DNA from: Patescibacteria group bacterium
GTDB lineage: Bacteria; Patescibacteriota; Minisyncoccia; Phycocordibacterales; CSBR16-119
DNA length: 64,000 nt
Direction of reading: 5' to 3'
Assembly: GCA_030917865.1 (NCBI GenBank)
Contig: JAUPTX010000001.1
Coordinates: 365-64,364 of the forward strand
Part shown: positions 1 to 9,417 of the stretch, piece by piece
How positions within the stretch are numbered: the first letter of the stretch is position 1
Layout of the letters: the number at the start of each line of letters is the position of its first letter
Translations under genes and position numbers: made by a program
Notes under the pieces: generated by a model
What the model was told of the DNA's origin: nothing
What the model saw: only the letters and a program-made list of their open reading frames with translations
Databases searched by the model: none

Positions 1-243
1 AATGCTAAGCGACAAAAAATGTACGCTAAGTATGCTAAGAAAAGAGAAGAACTAAAAGCCGCTGGAGATTTTGAAGCACTACAAAAGCTTCCAAAAAACT
101 CTTCACCATCAAGGCTAAAAAATAGATGTGTGGCAACTGGTCGAGGACGAGGATTTCTTCGAGATTTTGGACTATCTCGAATCAAATTCCGAGAATTAGC
201 AAACGAAGGAGATATTCCAGGTGTACGAAAGTCATCTTGGTAA
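1..243 (+). CDS. rpsN: 30S ribosomal protein S14 (5' end lies outside the window)
   Basis: The frame is open from nt 1. The C-terminus [43 protein letters not shown] is S14-like, and the gene directly precedes S8 as in spc operons. Confidence 0.9.
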   Translation, partial: NAKRQKMYAKYAKKREELKAAGDFEALQKLPKNSSPSRLKNRCVATGRGRGFLRDFGLSRIKFRELANEGDIPGVRKSSW

Positions 244-252
244 TTTGAATAT

Positions 253-642
253 ATGGATACTATTGCACAAATGCTTATTACAATAAAGAATGCAAACAAT
301 TCTCAAAAAGAATCTGTTGCTATTCCTTATTCAGGACTTCGTCATGCTATCGCGGATTGTTTGGCGAAAACAAAATACGTTTCTTCTGTTTCAAAAAAGA
401 CAGACAAGAAAGAAAAAGCTGTTTTAGAAATCACACTTTCTTACGAAGGCAAAAAACCAAGAGTAAGTCATGTTGAAAGAATTTCTAAACCTTCAAGAAG
501 AATTTATATAAAATCAAAAGAAATAAGACCAGTTAAAAATGGTCGAGGACTTTTGGTTGTTTCTACTCCAAAGGGTGTTATGACTGGAGAAGAAGCTAAA
601 AAAGAATTGGTCGGTGGAGAGCTATTATTTAAAATTTGGTAA
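253..642 (+). CDS. rpsH: 30S ribosomal protein S8
   Basis: 129 aa, located between S14 and L6. The C-terminus GGELLFKIW is S8-like. Confidence 0.93.
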   Translation: MDTIAQMLITIKNANNSQKESVAIPYSGLRHAIADCLAKTKYVSSVSKKTDKKEKAVLEITLSYEGKKPRVSHVERISKPSRRIYIKSKEIRPVKNGRGLLVVSTPKGVMTGEEAKKELVGGELLFKIW

Positions 643-651
643 TTAATTTAT

Positions 652-1188
652 ATGTCAAGAATTGGAAAACAAATAGTTAAAATACCAAATGGAGTAAATG
701 TAACTCTTGCTGATGGTATTTTATCGGTTAAAGGACCAAAAGGTGAACTAAAAAGAGAATTCAAAACAAACATCGTTTCTGTTGATATAAATGGGGACGA
801 AGTAACTTTCTCTAAGAAACAAGACACAAACATGTCTAAGGCTCTTTGGGGAACATACGCTTCTCATGTGAAAAACATGATCAAAGGTGTTTCAGAAGGT
901 TATGAAAAGAAATTGATCATCGAAGGAGTTGGATACAAATGGGATCTTAATGGTAAGTCAATCAAAATGGCTCTAGGATTTTCTCATGATGTTTTCATGG
1001 ATATTCCAGAAGGTCTAAATGTTGTTATCGAAAAAGCTGTTATGACTATTTCTGGTATCGACAAAGAACTTGTTGGTCTTTTCTCAGCAAAAATCCGAGA
1101 TCTTAAAAAACCTGAACCATACAAAGGAAAGGGTATTAGATATGACGGTGAATTTATTAGAAGAAAGCAAGGTAAGAAATCTGCTTAA
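652..1188 (+). CDS. rplF: 50S ribosomal protein L6
   Basis: The N-terminus [15 protein letters not shown] and the 178-aa length are typical of L6, and the operon position fits. Confidence 0.95.
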   Translation: MSRIGKQIVKIPNGVNVTLADGILSVKGPKGELKREFKTNIVSVDINGDEVTFSKKQDTNMSKALWGTYASHVKNMIKGVSEGYEKKLIIEGVGYKWDLNGKSIKMALGFSHDVFMDIPEGLNVVIEKAVMTISGIDKELVGLFSAKIRDLKKPEPYKGKGIRYDGEFIRRKQGKKSA

Positions 1189-1205
1189 TAATTTATTTTA
1201 GTTAT

Positions 1206-1556
1206 ATGAAATTAAACAATACTAAAACAGAAAAAAGAGCTAGAATAAAGAGAAGGATACGATCAAAAGTATCTGGAACAGCAGCACGCCCAAGACTTTC
1301 TGTTTATAAATCAAATAAAAATATCTACGCTCAACTAATAGACGACGTTAAAAACGTTACTATTGTTGCTGCATCAGATGTAAAAGAGAAAAAAGGAACA
1401 AAGAAAGAAAGAGCTGCGTTGGTTGGCAAAAATATTGCAAACAGCGCTATCGCTTTGAAAATTAATGAAGTTGTTTTTGATAGAAACGGATTTAATTACA
1501 CAGGTCGAATCAAACTTTTAGCAGACAGTGCCAGAGAAGCTGGACTAAAATTCTAA
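1206..1556 (+). CDS. rplR: 50S ribosomal protein L18
   Basis: Contains the motif [21 protein letters not shown], is 116 aa, and sits in the L18 operon position. Confidence 0.93.
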   Translation: MKLNNTKTEKRARIKRRIRSKVSGTAARPRLSVYKSNKNIYAQLIDDVKNVTIVAASDVKEKKGTKKERAALVGKNIANSAIALKINEVVFDRNGFNYTGRIKLLADSAREAGLKF

Positions 1557-1565
1557 TTTAAATTT

Positions 1566-2153
1566 ATGTCAGACGAAAAAGTAATTAAAGAATCTGCTCC
1601 AACTGTTGATTCAGCAAAGAAACCTTTTGCAAGAAATGCTGGTGGTAAAAGACCATTTGCAGGCAAAAGAGGTCCAGGAGGAAAAGATTCAAAAGGTGGC
1701 AAAAAATTTGCAGAAAGACCAAAGCCAGAATTTGATCAAAAAATTCTAAGTATTAGAAGAGTGACTCGTGTTATGGCTGGAGGACGAAGATTTTCTTTCT
1801 CTGTTTCAATGCTTATTGGAGACAGAAAAGGTTCTGTTGGAATCGGTCTTGGTAAATCTTCTGATACAACGTTAGCTATTTCAAAAGCTGTTGCATCTGC
1901 AAGAAAAAACATGGTTAAGATTCACGCGACAAAAGAAATGTCTATCGCTCACGACGTGCAAGCTAAATACAAAGCTTCAGAAGTGTTTATTATGCCAAAC
2001 AAAGGTAAGGGGGTCGTAGCCGGAGGGGCAGTTCGTGATATATTGAATCTTGCTGGTCTAAAAAATGTGACAGGCAAGCTTCTTTCACGAAGTAAAAATC
2101 AGTTAAATAATGCTAGAGCAACAGTGAGAGCTTTTGCTAAATTAAAAGCATAA
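1566..2153 (+). CDS. rpsE: 30S ribosomal protein S5 with a Lys/Gly-rich N-terminal extension
   Basis: Core sequence RVTRVMAGGRRFSFSVSMLIGDRKGSVGIGLGKS is S5-like. About 55 aa of basic low-complexity sequence precede it. Confidence 0.93.
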   Translation: MSDEKVIKESAPTVDSAKKPFARNAGGKRPFAGKRGPGGKDSKGGKKFAERPKPEFDQKILSIRRVTRVMAGGRRFSFSVSMLIGDRKGSVGIGLGKSSDTTLAISKAVASARKNMVKIHATKEMSIAHDVQAKYKASEVFIMPNKGKGVVAGGAVRDILNLAGLKNVTGKLLSRSKNQLNNARATVRAFAKLKA

Positions 2154-2163
2154 TACTACTACT

Positions 2164-2619
2164 ATGCAACTAAACGATCTAAAAAGAAAAACAAAAAATC
2201 CAAAGCGAAAAGATGTGGGTCGCGGAGGTAAAAGAGGTAAAACCTCTGGTCGCGGTGCGAAAGGTCAAGGACAACACGGAAGTCATGGTCTACGACCTCA
2301 AATGCGTGATATAATCAAGAAGTTTCCAAAACTTCGAGGTCATGGAAAAAACAGAGCAAGAACAGTTAACAGCGGTGTTGTAAAACCTGTTTCTGTAAAT
2401 CTGTCTATGATTGACGCAAGTTTTGAAGATGGGGCAATCGTTTCTCCTAAAGAATTGGTTAAAAAAGGAGTTATATCTTTAGTAAAAGGTAAAAATCCAG
2501 AAGTAAAAATTCTTTCAACAGGTGAAATAACTAAGAAGGTTAAAATCGTTGATTGTTTCATTTCAGAAACAGCAAAAGAAAAGATTACAAAAGTTGGAGG
2601 CACTATAAAATCTAAATAA
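2164..2619 (+). CDS. rplO: 50S ribosomal protein L15
   Basis: The N-terminus GRGGKRGKTSGRGAKGQ is L15-like. The gene follows S5 directly, with no L30 gene between them. Confidence 0.9.
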   Translation: MQLNDLKRKTKNPKRKDVGRGGKRGKTSGRGAKGQGQHGSHGLRPQMRDIIKKFPKLRGHGKNRARTVNSGVVKPVSVNLSMIDASFEDGAIVSPKELVKKGVISLVKGKNPEVKILSTGEITKKVKIVDCFISETAKEKITKVGGTIKSK

Positions 2620-2627
2620 AAAATATT

Positions 2628-3899
2628 ATGAGTTTTTGGAGAAAAATAAAAACAGCTTTCGGTGATAAATCAATTCGAAGAAGAATTTTATTCGTATTGT
2701 TTATCCTTGCTGTTTTTAGACTCTTATCAACTATACCAATACCAGGAGTGGATGCTTTCAGACTTCAAGGTTTCTTGCAAAGTAGTCAATTCCTAGGAAT
2801 ACTTAATATATTCTCTGGTGGTGGATTATCAGCGCTTTCTATTGTGATGCTTGGTATTGGACCATACATTACAGCTTCAATCGTGATGCAGCTTATGACT
2901 ATGATGTCACCTAGACTAAAGTCTATGTATCACGAAGAAGGTGAAGCAGGTAGAGCAAGATTTTCTCAGTATTCAAGAATATTAACTATTCCTTTGTCAT
3001 TGATTCAGGGATTTGCACTTCTAAAACTTCTTGATAGTCAGGGTATATTAGAGTCTATGACATCTTTCGATAAGGCAGTTGCTCTTATTGTTATCACTGC
3101 GGGATCCATGTTCTTGTTATGGCTTGGTGAACTTATCAATGAAAAGGGTATCGGAAACGGTACATCTATAATAATCTTTGCTGGTATCGTGGCAGCACTT
3201 CCAGCTCAGATTAGTCAGTTCGCTTTTACATTTACAAAAGCAAGCATACCTCTTTATCTTGGATTTGCTCTTGTGGCAGTCTTGGTGATATTGGGTGTGG
3301 TTCTCGTTACTGAAGCGGAAAGAATGATTCCTATAACTTATGCAAAGCAAGCACGAGTTGGTGGGTCTTTAGGACAGTCTTCTTCATATCTACCGATCAA
3401 AATCAACCAAGCTGGAGTTATGCCGATAATTTTCGCCTTGTCGATATTGTCGCTTCCTCAACTTCTTGCACCTTTTATGACTGTTTCAAATATTGAAATA
3501 ATCAAAAAGGTTGGTGATGCGTTTACTTGGTTTACTCAAAATGCAAACTGGTGGTATTCAATCGCTTACTTTGTTTTGGTTTTCTTGTTCACATACTTCT
3601 ACACAGCTATTACAGTTGAACCAGAAGCGATGGCAACAAATCTACAAAAAAGCGGTGCGTTTATTCCAGGGATCAGACCGGGAACATCTACAACAGAATA
3701 CCTAAGTAAAATAATTACAAGAGTGACTTTCTTAGGAGCGTTGTTCTTGGGTGTTATAGCGGTTCTTCCGTTTATAATGCAACAGTTATCAGGTCTTCAG
3801 ACTTTGGCCATAGGAGGTACTGCACTTCTTATCGTTGTGTCTGTGGTGCTAGATATTCTAAAGAAAATAGATGGACAAGTTTCGATGAGACAATACTAA
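2628..3899 (+). CDS. secY: Preprotein translocase subunit SecY
   Basis: 423 aa and multi-pass. The N-terminal region RRRILFVLFILAVFRLLSTIPIPGVD is SecY-like, and the gene follows L15. Confidence 0.95.
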   Translation: MSFWRKIKTAFGDKSIRRRILFVLFILAVFRLLSTIPIPGVDAFRLQGFLQSSQFLGILNIFSGGGLSALSIVMLGIGPYITASIVMQLMTMMSPRLKSMYHEEGEAGRARFSQYSRILTIPLSLIQGFALLKLLDSQGILESMTSFDKAVALIVITAGSMFLLWLGELINEKGIGNGTSIIIFAGIVAALPAQISQFAFTFTKASIPLYLGFALVAVLVILGVVLVTEAERMIPITYAKQARVGGSLGQSSSYLPIKINQAGVMPIIFALSILSLPQLLAPFMTVSNIEIIKKVGDAFTWFTQNANWWYSIAYFVLVFLFTYFYTAITVEPEAMATNLQKSGAFIPGIRPGTSTTEYLSKIITRVTFLGALFLGVIAVLPFIMQQLSGLQTLAIGGTALLIVVSVVLDILKKIDGQVSMRQY

Positions 3900-3901
3900 A
3901 T

Positions 3902-3937
3902 AAAAACACAACCCCGGTTCTACCGGGGTTTTGTTTT
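3902..3937. terminator. Bidirectional stem-loop terminator between secY and the antisense ORF
   Basis: Stem CCCCGG / CCGGGG with A-rich and T-rich flanks. It overlaps the last codons of ORF 3920..4366. Confidence 0.7.
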
Positions 3938-4366
3938 GGGCTTTTGAAGCCTAAATGTGCTTTTCAAGTATTCTGGGTAGTATGAGAAGAATCCTCTCTT
4001 ACTTATTCCAGAAATATATTTCAATTTCATATCAGCAATTTCTTCACTATCAAATTCATTTGGAAACATATCTGTTTCCTTGTATGAAAGTAGGGTTCTC
4101 TGAAACTCACGCAGTTCACAGAACGCTCTATAGTAGACTTCACGCCTTTTTTGTAGATCTTTGAATTCTACTCGGTTTCTATATAGACCAAGGTGAAAAT
4201 CAGGTTCTTGCGCTATGCTTTTTATGGTTGAATTAAAATCACTTTCATGAATAATCGTGTAGATTTTCTTTGCCTCCCTGACTTTTTTGTGGAGTTTTGA
4301 AAGCTTGATAAACATCCATCTAACGTAGTGAGCGTAAGCTGCGAAGATTACTAAAAAGTACAACAT
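3920..4366 (-). CDS. Hypothetical membrane-anchored protein, antisense to the spc operon
   Basis: 148-aa ORF with an N-terminal hydrophobic helix (MLYFLVIFAAYAHYVRWMFI). It fills the whole secY-adk gap and contains no motif I recognise. Confidence 0.55.
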   Translation of the reverse strand: MLYFLVIFAAYAHYVRWMFIKLSKLHKKVREAKKIYTIIHESDFNSTIKSIAQEPDFHLGLYRNRVEFKDLQKRREVYYRAFCELREFQRTLLSYKETDMFPNEFDSEEIADMKLKYISGISKRGFFSYYPEYLKSTFRLQKPKTKPR

Positions 4367-4467
4367 TTTTAGGGGTTTTGTTTGAATATTATCAATTTAA
4401 GTTGTAATGGTCAAAAGTGGTTTTTTCTTGCGATATTTGTTATTCTTACTTAGTAATAATTAAATTT

Positions 4468-5067
4468 ATGGATAAACAGCAAACATTTATATTTTTTGGA
4501 AGATCAGGGTCTGGTAAGGGTACACAAGCCAAGCTTCTTATAGAGCATTTAAATAAGGTTAAAAGTAATGGTAATCTATACATAGAAACAGGTCAGCAGT
4601 TTAGAAATTTTATTGCAAAAGAACACAATCATTCAGCAAATCTCACAAGAAAAGTTTTAGATGAGGGCGGTCTTATGCCGGTTTTTATGCCAATTTGGCT
4701 TTGGACTGGGATAATAGTTGATAAATTTACAGGAAAAGAAGATTTGATTTTAGACGGTCTTTGTCGAAGAAAAGATGAGGCGCCAGTTCTAGATTCTGCG
4801 GTTAAATTTTTTGGACTTGAAAAACCAAATATTATTTATATAAATACAGGAAAAGAATGGTCTCTTGAAAGATTAAGAGATCGAGGTAGAGAAGACGACG
4901 ATAAGGAAGAAGATATGCTTCGAAAATTAAATTGGTTCGATTGGAATGTTATGCCGGCAATGTCTTATTTCCATGAAAGTCCCGACTATAATTTCATAGA
5001 AGTTAATGGTGAAAAATCTATCGAAGAAGTTCATGCTGAAATAATCCAAAAGATTTTTGGTAAATAA
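4468..5067 (+). CDS. adk: Adenylate kinase (short form, no Cys4 lid)
   Basis: P-loop FFGRSGSGKGTQAKLL. An ATG at 4468 is preferred over the GTG at 4417. The position after secY is canonical. Confidence 0.85.
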   Translation: MDKQQTFIFFGRSGSGKGTQAKLLIEHLNKVKSNGNLYIETGQQFRNFIAKEHNHSANLTRKVLDEGGLMPVFMPIWLWTGIIVDKFTGKEDLILDGLCRRKDEAPVLDSAVKFFGLEKPNIIYINTGKEWSLERLRDRGREDDDKEEDMLRKLNWFDWNVMPAMSYFHESPDYNFIEVNGEKSIEEVHAEIIQKIFGK

Positions 5068-5068
5068 A

Positions 5069-5830
5069 ATGATAACAATTAAAACAAAAGAAGATATCGA
5101 AAAACTAAGAGAGGGCGGAAAACGTCACGCGGAAATTTTGCGTAAGGTTTCTGAGATGGTTGCGCCCGGTGTAACTACAAAAGAGCTCGACGAATACGCC
5201 CATAGGCTGATAATAGAAGGCGGAGACACTCCAGCTTTTTTGAATTACACACCAGAGGGTGTTTCTTATCCGTACCCGGCTTCTCTTTGTGTTTCTGTAA
5301 ACGACGAGATTGTTCACGGGATTCCATCTGATTTTGTTTTAGAAGAAGGCGATATTGTTTCTTTAGATCTTGGACTTGTTCACAAGGGCATGATTACGGA
5401 TTCTGCGATAACTGTGCCTTGTGGTCATGTTTCAAAAGACGTGCAAAAGCTTTTAGAGGTTACAAAAGGCGCTCTTAATGTTGCTATAAAAAATATTAAA
5501 CCAGGAAATAAAACAGGAGACGTTGGTCACGCGATAGAAGAATTTGTGAAGCCTTATGGATTTGGGATTGTTAAGATTTTAGCCGGTCACGGCGTAGGGT
5601 ATTCTGTACACGAGGATCCATATGTTCCAAACTATGGAAAACCGGGTACGGGGGAAGAATTGCGACCAGGGATGGTTTTGGCTATAGAGCCTATGTTAAA
5701 CCTGGGAACTGACGAAGTATATGTCACAGAAGATGAATACACATATATTACTGCAGATGGAAAAAAGTCCGCACACTTTGAACATACTGTTGTGGTCACA
5801 GAAGAAGGTTGTGAGGTGTTAACTAAATAA
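5069..5830 (+). CDS. map: Methionine aminopeptidase, type I
   Basis: Motifs VHGIP, DLG..H.G.ITDSA, GHGVG and LAIEPM are present. The ATG at 5069 lies 1 nt after the adk stop. Confidence 0.95.
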   Translation: MITIKTKEDIEKLREGGKRHAEILRKVSEMVAPGVTTKELDEYAHRLIIEGGDTPAFLNYTPEGVSYPYPASLCVSVNDEIVHGIPSDFVLEEGDIVSLDLGLVHKGMITDSAITVPCGHVSKDVQKLLEVTKGALNVAIKNIKPGNKTGDVGHAIEEFVKPYGFGIVKILAGHGVGYSVHEDPYVPNYGKPGTGEELRPGMVLAIEPMLNLGTDEVYVTEDEYTYITADGKKSAHFEHTVVVTEEGCEVLTK

Positions 5831-5833
5831 ATT

Positions 5834-5868
5834 AAAACAAAAGTCAGGTATTATCTGGCTTTTGTTTT
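5834..5868 (+). terminator. Rho-independent terminator after map
   Basis: AAAACAAAAGTCAG / CTGGCTTTTGTTTT stem (one mismatch) with a T-run. Confidence 0.7.
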
Positions 5869-5900
5869 ATGTAAATTAGATAATTTGATACAATAAAAGA

Positions 5901-8642
5901 ATGGAAGGTACATATTTTAAAGAAGCACCAAAATTTAATTCTCCAGAAGAGGAGATTAAGTTTTTGCGCGATCATATAGAAAATAGGGAAAAAGAACTTC
6001 GAGAATCTGGAACAGAAAAAACAAAAGAACAAGTGACAAAAGAAGCTTTAACAGCGTATGATCTTTTACCTAAAGAAGAAATTTTACATAAAAATTATGT
6101 ACAAAAAGAAGAAGATATAGACGCTATTGTTTTGCGATTAAAGCCAGAGGCTCATGATGAAAAAATATCAGAGCTTTATGGCTATCTTCTAGAAAATGGT
6201 TTGAAAAATACTTTAGATTTGGTTTCTAGGATGAACGACCCACATATAGAAGACGATTTTCATCGTTTTCTTGTGCAGTTTTTGCATGCCTCTGGAGAAG
6301 TCCCAGGTCTTCGCGAAGGTTCTCCAGAATTTAAATCTTTGAATCTTGCTTTGTTTGAAGTAACTCTTCCCGGAAATGTAAAAGAAGAAAAGAAAACATT
6401 CGTAGACTTTATCACCGGCATGAAACAGTTTCTTTTGGGTATGCAGTCTATTTCTCGCGGAGAGAATAATAAAGAAAAGCAGTATTACACTTTAGAAATA
6501 GCAAATAGTGCTAATTCAAACGATTTGGTTATTTACGTTTCTATTCCAAAAGAAAAAAGAGAGCTTTTAGAAAAACAGGTCTTGGCTTTCTATCACGATG
6601 CAAAAGTTAAAGAGTGTGTAGACGACTACAATATTTTTAGTATGGATTCTTCGGTTGTGGCTTCATATGCTTCTTTGTCAAAAGAAGATGTTTTTCCGAT
6701 TACAACATACGAAGATTTAGGTCATGATCCGATGAGTGCTGTTTTGAATGCTTTTTCAAAGCTGGAAAAAGTCTCAGAAGGTGCTGCTATACAGATAGTG
6801 GTGACTCCAGTAGGTGACGGTATGATAAAGAAATTTTCTTCAATTTTAGAGAAAGTTAAAAAGGGAGAAAAGTTAAAAGACGCAATGGATGAATATGGAG
6901 AAATAAAAAAAGAATTGAAAAATTTTGCTGCTGGAATTTTTGCTCCTAAAAAAATAGATGAAGATCAAAACAAAGAAAAAGATATAGATTCTGACATAAT
7001 AGAAGCGATAAATATAAAACTCAAAAGCACGATAGTTGATACAAATATCAGAATAGTTGCTTCTGCTCAAAGCAAATCTAGAGCCGAAGATATTGCTTCA
7101 GATATCGAATCATCTTTTGAGCAGTTTAATAAAGCAAAGCACAATAGTTTTAAATGGAATAGAGTTGGTCCAAAAGACTTGTCTTTGTTTTTGCATAATT
7201 TTTCTTTCAGACTTCAAAACGAAAAACACTCAGTGCCTTTGAATTTAGAAGAGCTTTCTACTATTTTCCATTTCCCAATTAGTGAAAATGCTACACCGGA
7301 ACTCAAAGAATCAAAAGCTGGACAGGCGCCAGCTCCGACAGATATGGGCGACTCTGGCGTGCTTTTGGGTAAAAATATTTACAGAGGAAAAGAAACACCA
7401 ATTTTAATGGACTCAGAAGACCGTATGCGACACTTCTATGTTATCGGTCAAACTGGAACAGGTAAGACAACAATACTTAAAAATATGATTGCTCAAGATA
7501 TTCGCAATGGCCATGGTTGTTGCTTTATCGATCCACACGGCACAGATGTTCAAGAAATTTTAAGTTATGTTCCAAAAGAGAGAATGGAAGACGTGATATA
7601 TTTCGATCCTTCTTTTACAGAGCGTCCAATGGGGCTCAACATGCTTGAGTTTGATTCAAATTACCCAGAACAAAAAACTTTTGTTATAAACGAACTGATG
7701 GGAATTTTCAACAAGCTTTTTGATATGAAAGTGGGCGGAGGTGCGATGTTTGAACAATATTTCAGAAACAGTACTGGACTTGTGATGGAGCATCCAGAAT
7801 CAGGAAATACATTGCTTGAAATAGGGCGTGTTTTGTCTGATAAGAAATTCCGCGATATGAAACTCGCAAATTGTAAAAATCCTTTGATTAAGCAATTCTG
7901 GAAAAGTGCAGAAGCAACTTCTGGTGAACAAGGTCTTGAAAATTTCGTGCCTTATATCACTTCGAAATTTGATGGATTTTTGTCGAACGAGATTATGCGT
8001 CCGATAGTAACTCAAGAAAAATCTGCGTTTAATTTCAGAGAAATAATGGATAACAAAAAAATCCTTTTGGTAAATTTAGCAAAAGGTCGTTTGGGTGAGA
8101 TAAACTCAAACCTTATCGGTATGATTTTAGTTGGTAAACTTCAAATGGCAGCACTTTCAAGAGTTGATTTGTATGGAAAGAAAATGAATGATTTTTATCT
8201 ATACATAGACGAATTCCAAAACGTCACCACAGATTCTATCTCGTCAATTCTCTCAGAAGCTAGAAAATACAGACTTTCTCTTAATATGGCTCACCAGTAT
8301 ATCGCCCAGTTGGAAGACGGTATCCGCGATGCGGTATTTGGAAACGTTGGTTCTATGGCTGTCTACCGAGTTTCTCCTGAAGACGCAGAATTTTTAGAGA
8401 AAAAATTCCAGCCTATTTTCACCGCGACAGATATTACTAAACTCGACAACTTTAATTCATATGTAAATATGCTTTTGCGTGGAACTCCGACTAAACCTTT
8501 TAGTATGGAATGTCACTGGTCTATAATCCCGTCAGGGGACAAAGATATGGTGGATTCTCTAAAACAGCTTTCGTATTTGAAATTTGGAAGACCGAGAGCT
8601 GAGGTGGAAAATGAGATTTTGGAGAAATTTGAGAAAATGTAG
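5901..8642 (+). CDS. VirD4/TraD-like (FtsK/HerA superfamily) P-loop ATPase with an uncharacterised ~480-aa N-terminal region
   Basis: Walker A is YVIGQTGTGKTT and Walker B is FYLYIDEFQ. The RKYRLSLNMAHQ segment is typical of coupling-protein-like ATPases. No hydrophobic N-terminal helices are visible. Confidence 0.7.
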   Translation: MEGTYFKEAPKFNSPEEEIKFLRDHIENREKELRESGTEKTKEQVTKEALTAYDLLPKEEILHKNYVQKEEDIDAIVLRLKPEAHDEKISELYGYLLENGLKNTLDLVSRMNDPHIEDDFHRFLVQFLHASGEVPGLREGSPEFKSLNLALFEVTLPGNVKEEKKTFVDFITGMKQFLLGMQSISRGENNKEKQYYTLEIANSANSNDLVIYVSIPKEKRELLEKQVLAFYHDAKVKECVDDYNIFSMDSSVVASYASLSKEDVFPITTYEDLGHDPMSAVLNAFSKLEKVSEGAAIQIVVTPVGDGMIKKFSSILEKVKKGEKLKDAMDEYGEIKKELKNFAAGIFAPKKIDEDQNKEKDIDSDIIEAINIKLKSTIVDTNIRIVASAQSKSRAEDIASDIESSFEQFNKAKHNSFKWNRVGPKDLSLFLHNFSFRLQNEKHSVPLNLEELSTIFHFPISENATPELKESKAGQAPAPTDMGDSGVLLGKNIYRGKETPILMDSEDRMRHFYVIGQTGTGKTTILKNMIAQDIRNGHGCCFIDPHGTDVQEILSYVPKERMEDVIYFDPSFTERPMGLNMLEFDSNYPEQKTFVINELMGIFNKLFDMKVGGGAMFEQYFRNSTGLVMEHPESGNTLLEIGRVLSDKKFRDMKLANCKNPLIKQFWKSAEATSGEQGLENFVPYITSKFDGFLSNEIMRPIVTQEKSAFNFREIMDNKKILLVNLAKGRLGEINSNLIGMILVGKLQMAALSRVDLYGKKMNDFYLYIDEFQNVTTDSISSILSEARKYRLSLNMAHQYIAQLEDGIRDAVFGNVGSMAVYRVSPEDAEFLEKKFQPIFTATDITKLDNFNSYVNMLLRGTPTKPFSMECHWSIIPSGDKDMVDSLKQLSYLKFGRPRAEVENEILEKFEKM

Positions 8643-8666
8643 TATGGTTTATAGTCTATAGTTTTT

Positions 8667-8697
8667 AGAAAGGGCGCGCCTCTGGCGCGCCCTTTCT
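8667..8697 (+). terminator. Rho-independent terminator
   Basis: AGAAAGGGCGCGCC-TCTG-GCGCGCCCTTTCT hairpin followed by T-rich sequence. Confidence 0.85.
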
Positions 8698-8776
8698 ATT
8701 GTTAAAATCATTTGATTAAACCTCCTTAAAATGCTAATATCACTCTATTAACAGGTTAAAACTAATTTAAAAATAT

Positions 8777-9376
8777 ATGGACGGAAAGCAAGAAAGAACT
8801 TTCATAATAATAAAACATGACGGGGTTCAGAGATCTCTCGTTGGTGAAATTATTAAAAGAATTGAGAGAACAGGTCTTAAGATAACAGCTATGAAAATGT
8901 TTAAAGCAGATGAAAAATCTGTTTTGGATCACTATGGAAAAGACGATGCTTGGTGTTTGGAAAAAGGGACAAAGACAGTTGAAAATCTAAAAGCAGCTGG
9001 TCGCCCAGTAGAAAAAGAAGCTATTGAATACGGAAGAGATATAATCAGAGCTTTGGTTAAATTTATGACTTGTGGTCCGATTGTGGCGATGGTTGTAGAG
9101 GGTTCTCAGGCTGTAGGCGTTGTTAAAAAACTAGTTGGAGGTACAGAACCACTAACTTCTGATGTTGGAACTATAAGAGGAGATCTAACAACAGATTCAT
9201 ACCAACTGGCAAATCTTGATGCAAGATCTGTGCGAAACTTGATCCACTGTACAGATAAAGTAGAAGAATCAGAAAGAGAGATAAACATTTGGTTTAAACC
9301 AGAAGAGATAATGAACTACACTCATATAAATGAAAAAGTTCTACACGATATAAATTTAGACGGAATATTTGAATAA
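8777..9376 (+). CDS. ndk: Nucleoside diphosphate kinase (long form with an internal insertion)
   Basis: N-terminus ERTFIIIKHDGVQRSLVGEIIKRIE and catalytic-His context NLIHCTD (canonical N..HGSD). At 199 aa it is longer than the usual ~140-150 aa. Confidence 0.85.
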   Translation: MDGKQERTFIIIKHDGVQRSLVGEIIKRIERTGLKITAMKMFKADEKSVLDHYGKDDAWCLEKGTKTVENLKAAGRPVEKEAIEYGRDIIRALVKFMTCGPIVAMVVEGSQAVGVVKKLVGGTEPLTSDVGTIRGDLTTDSYQLANLDARSVRNLIHCTDKVEESEREINIWFKPEEIMNYTHINEKVLHDINLDGIFE

Positions 9377-9380
9377 AAAA

Positions 9381-9417
9381 CAAAAGAGGGCGCCTTCAGC
9401 GCCCGCTTTTGTTTTTT
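9381..9417 (+). terminator. Rho-independent terminator
   Basis: GGGCGC-CTTCA-GCGCCC stem followed by a T-run. Confidence 0.85.
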
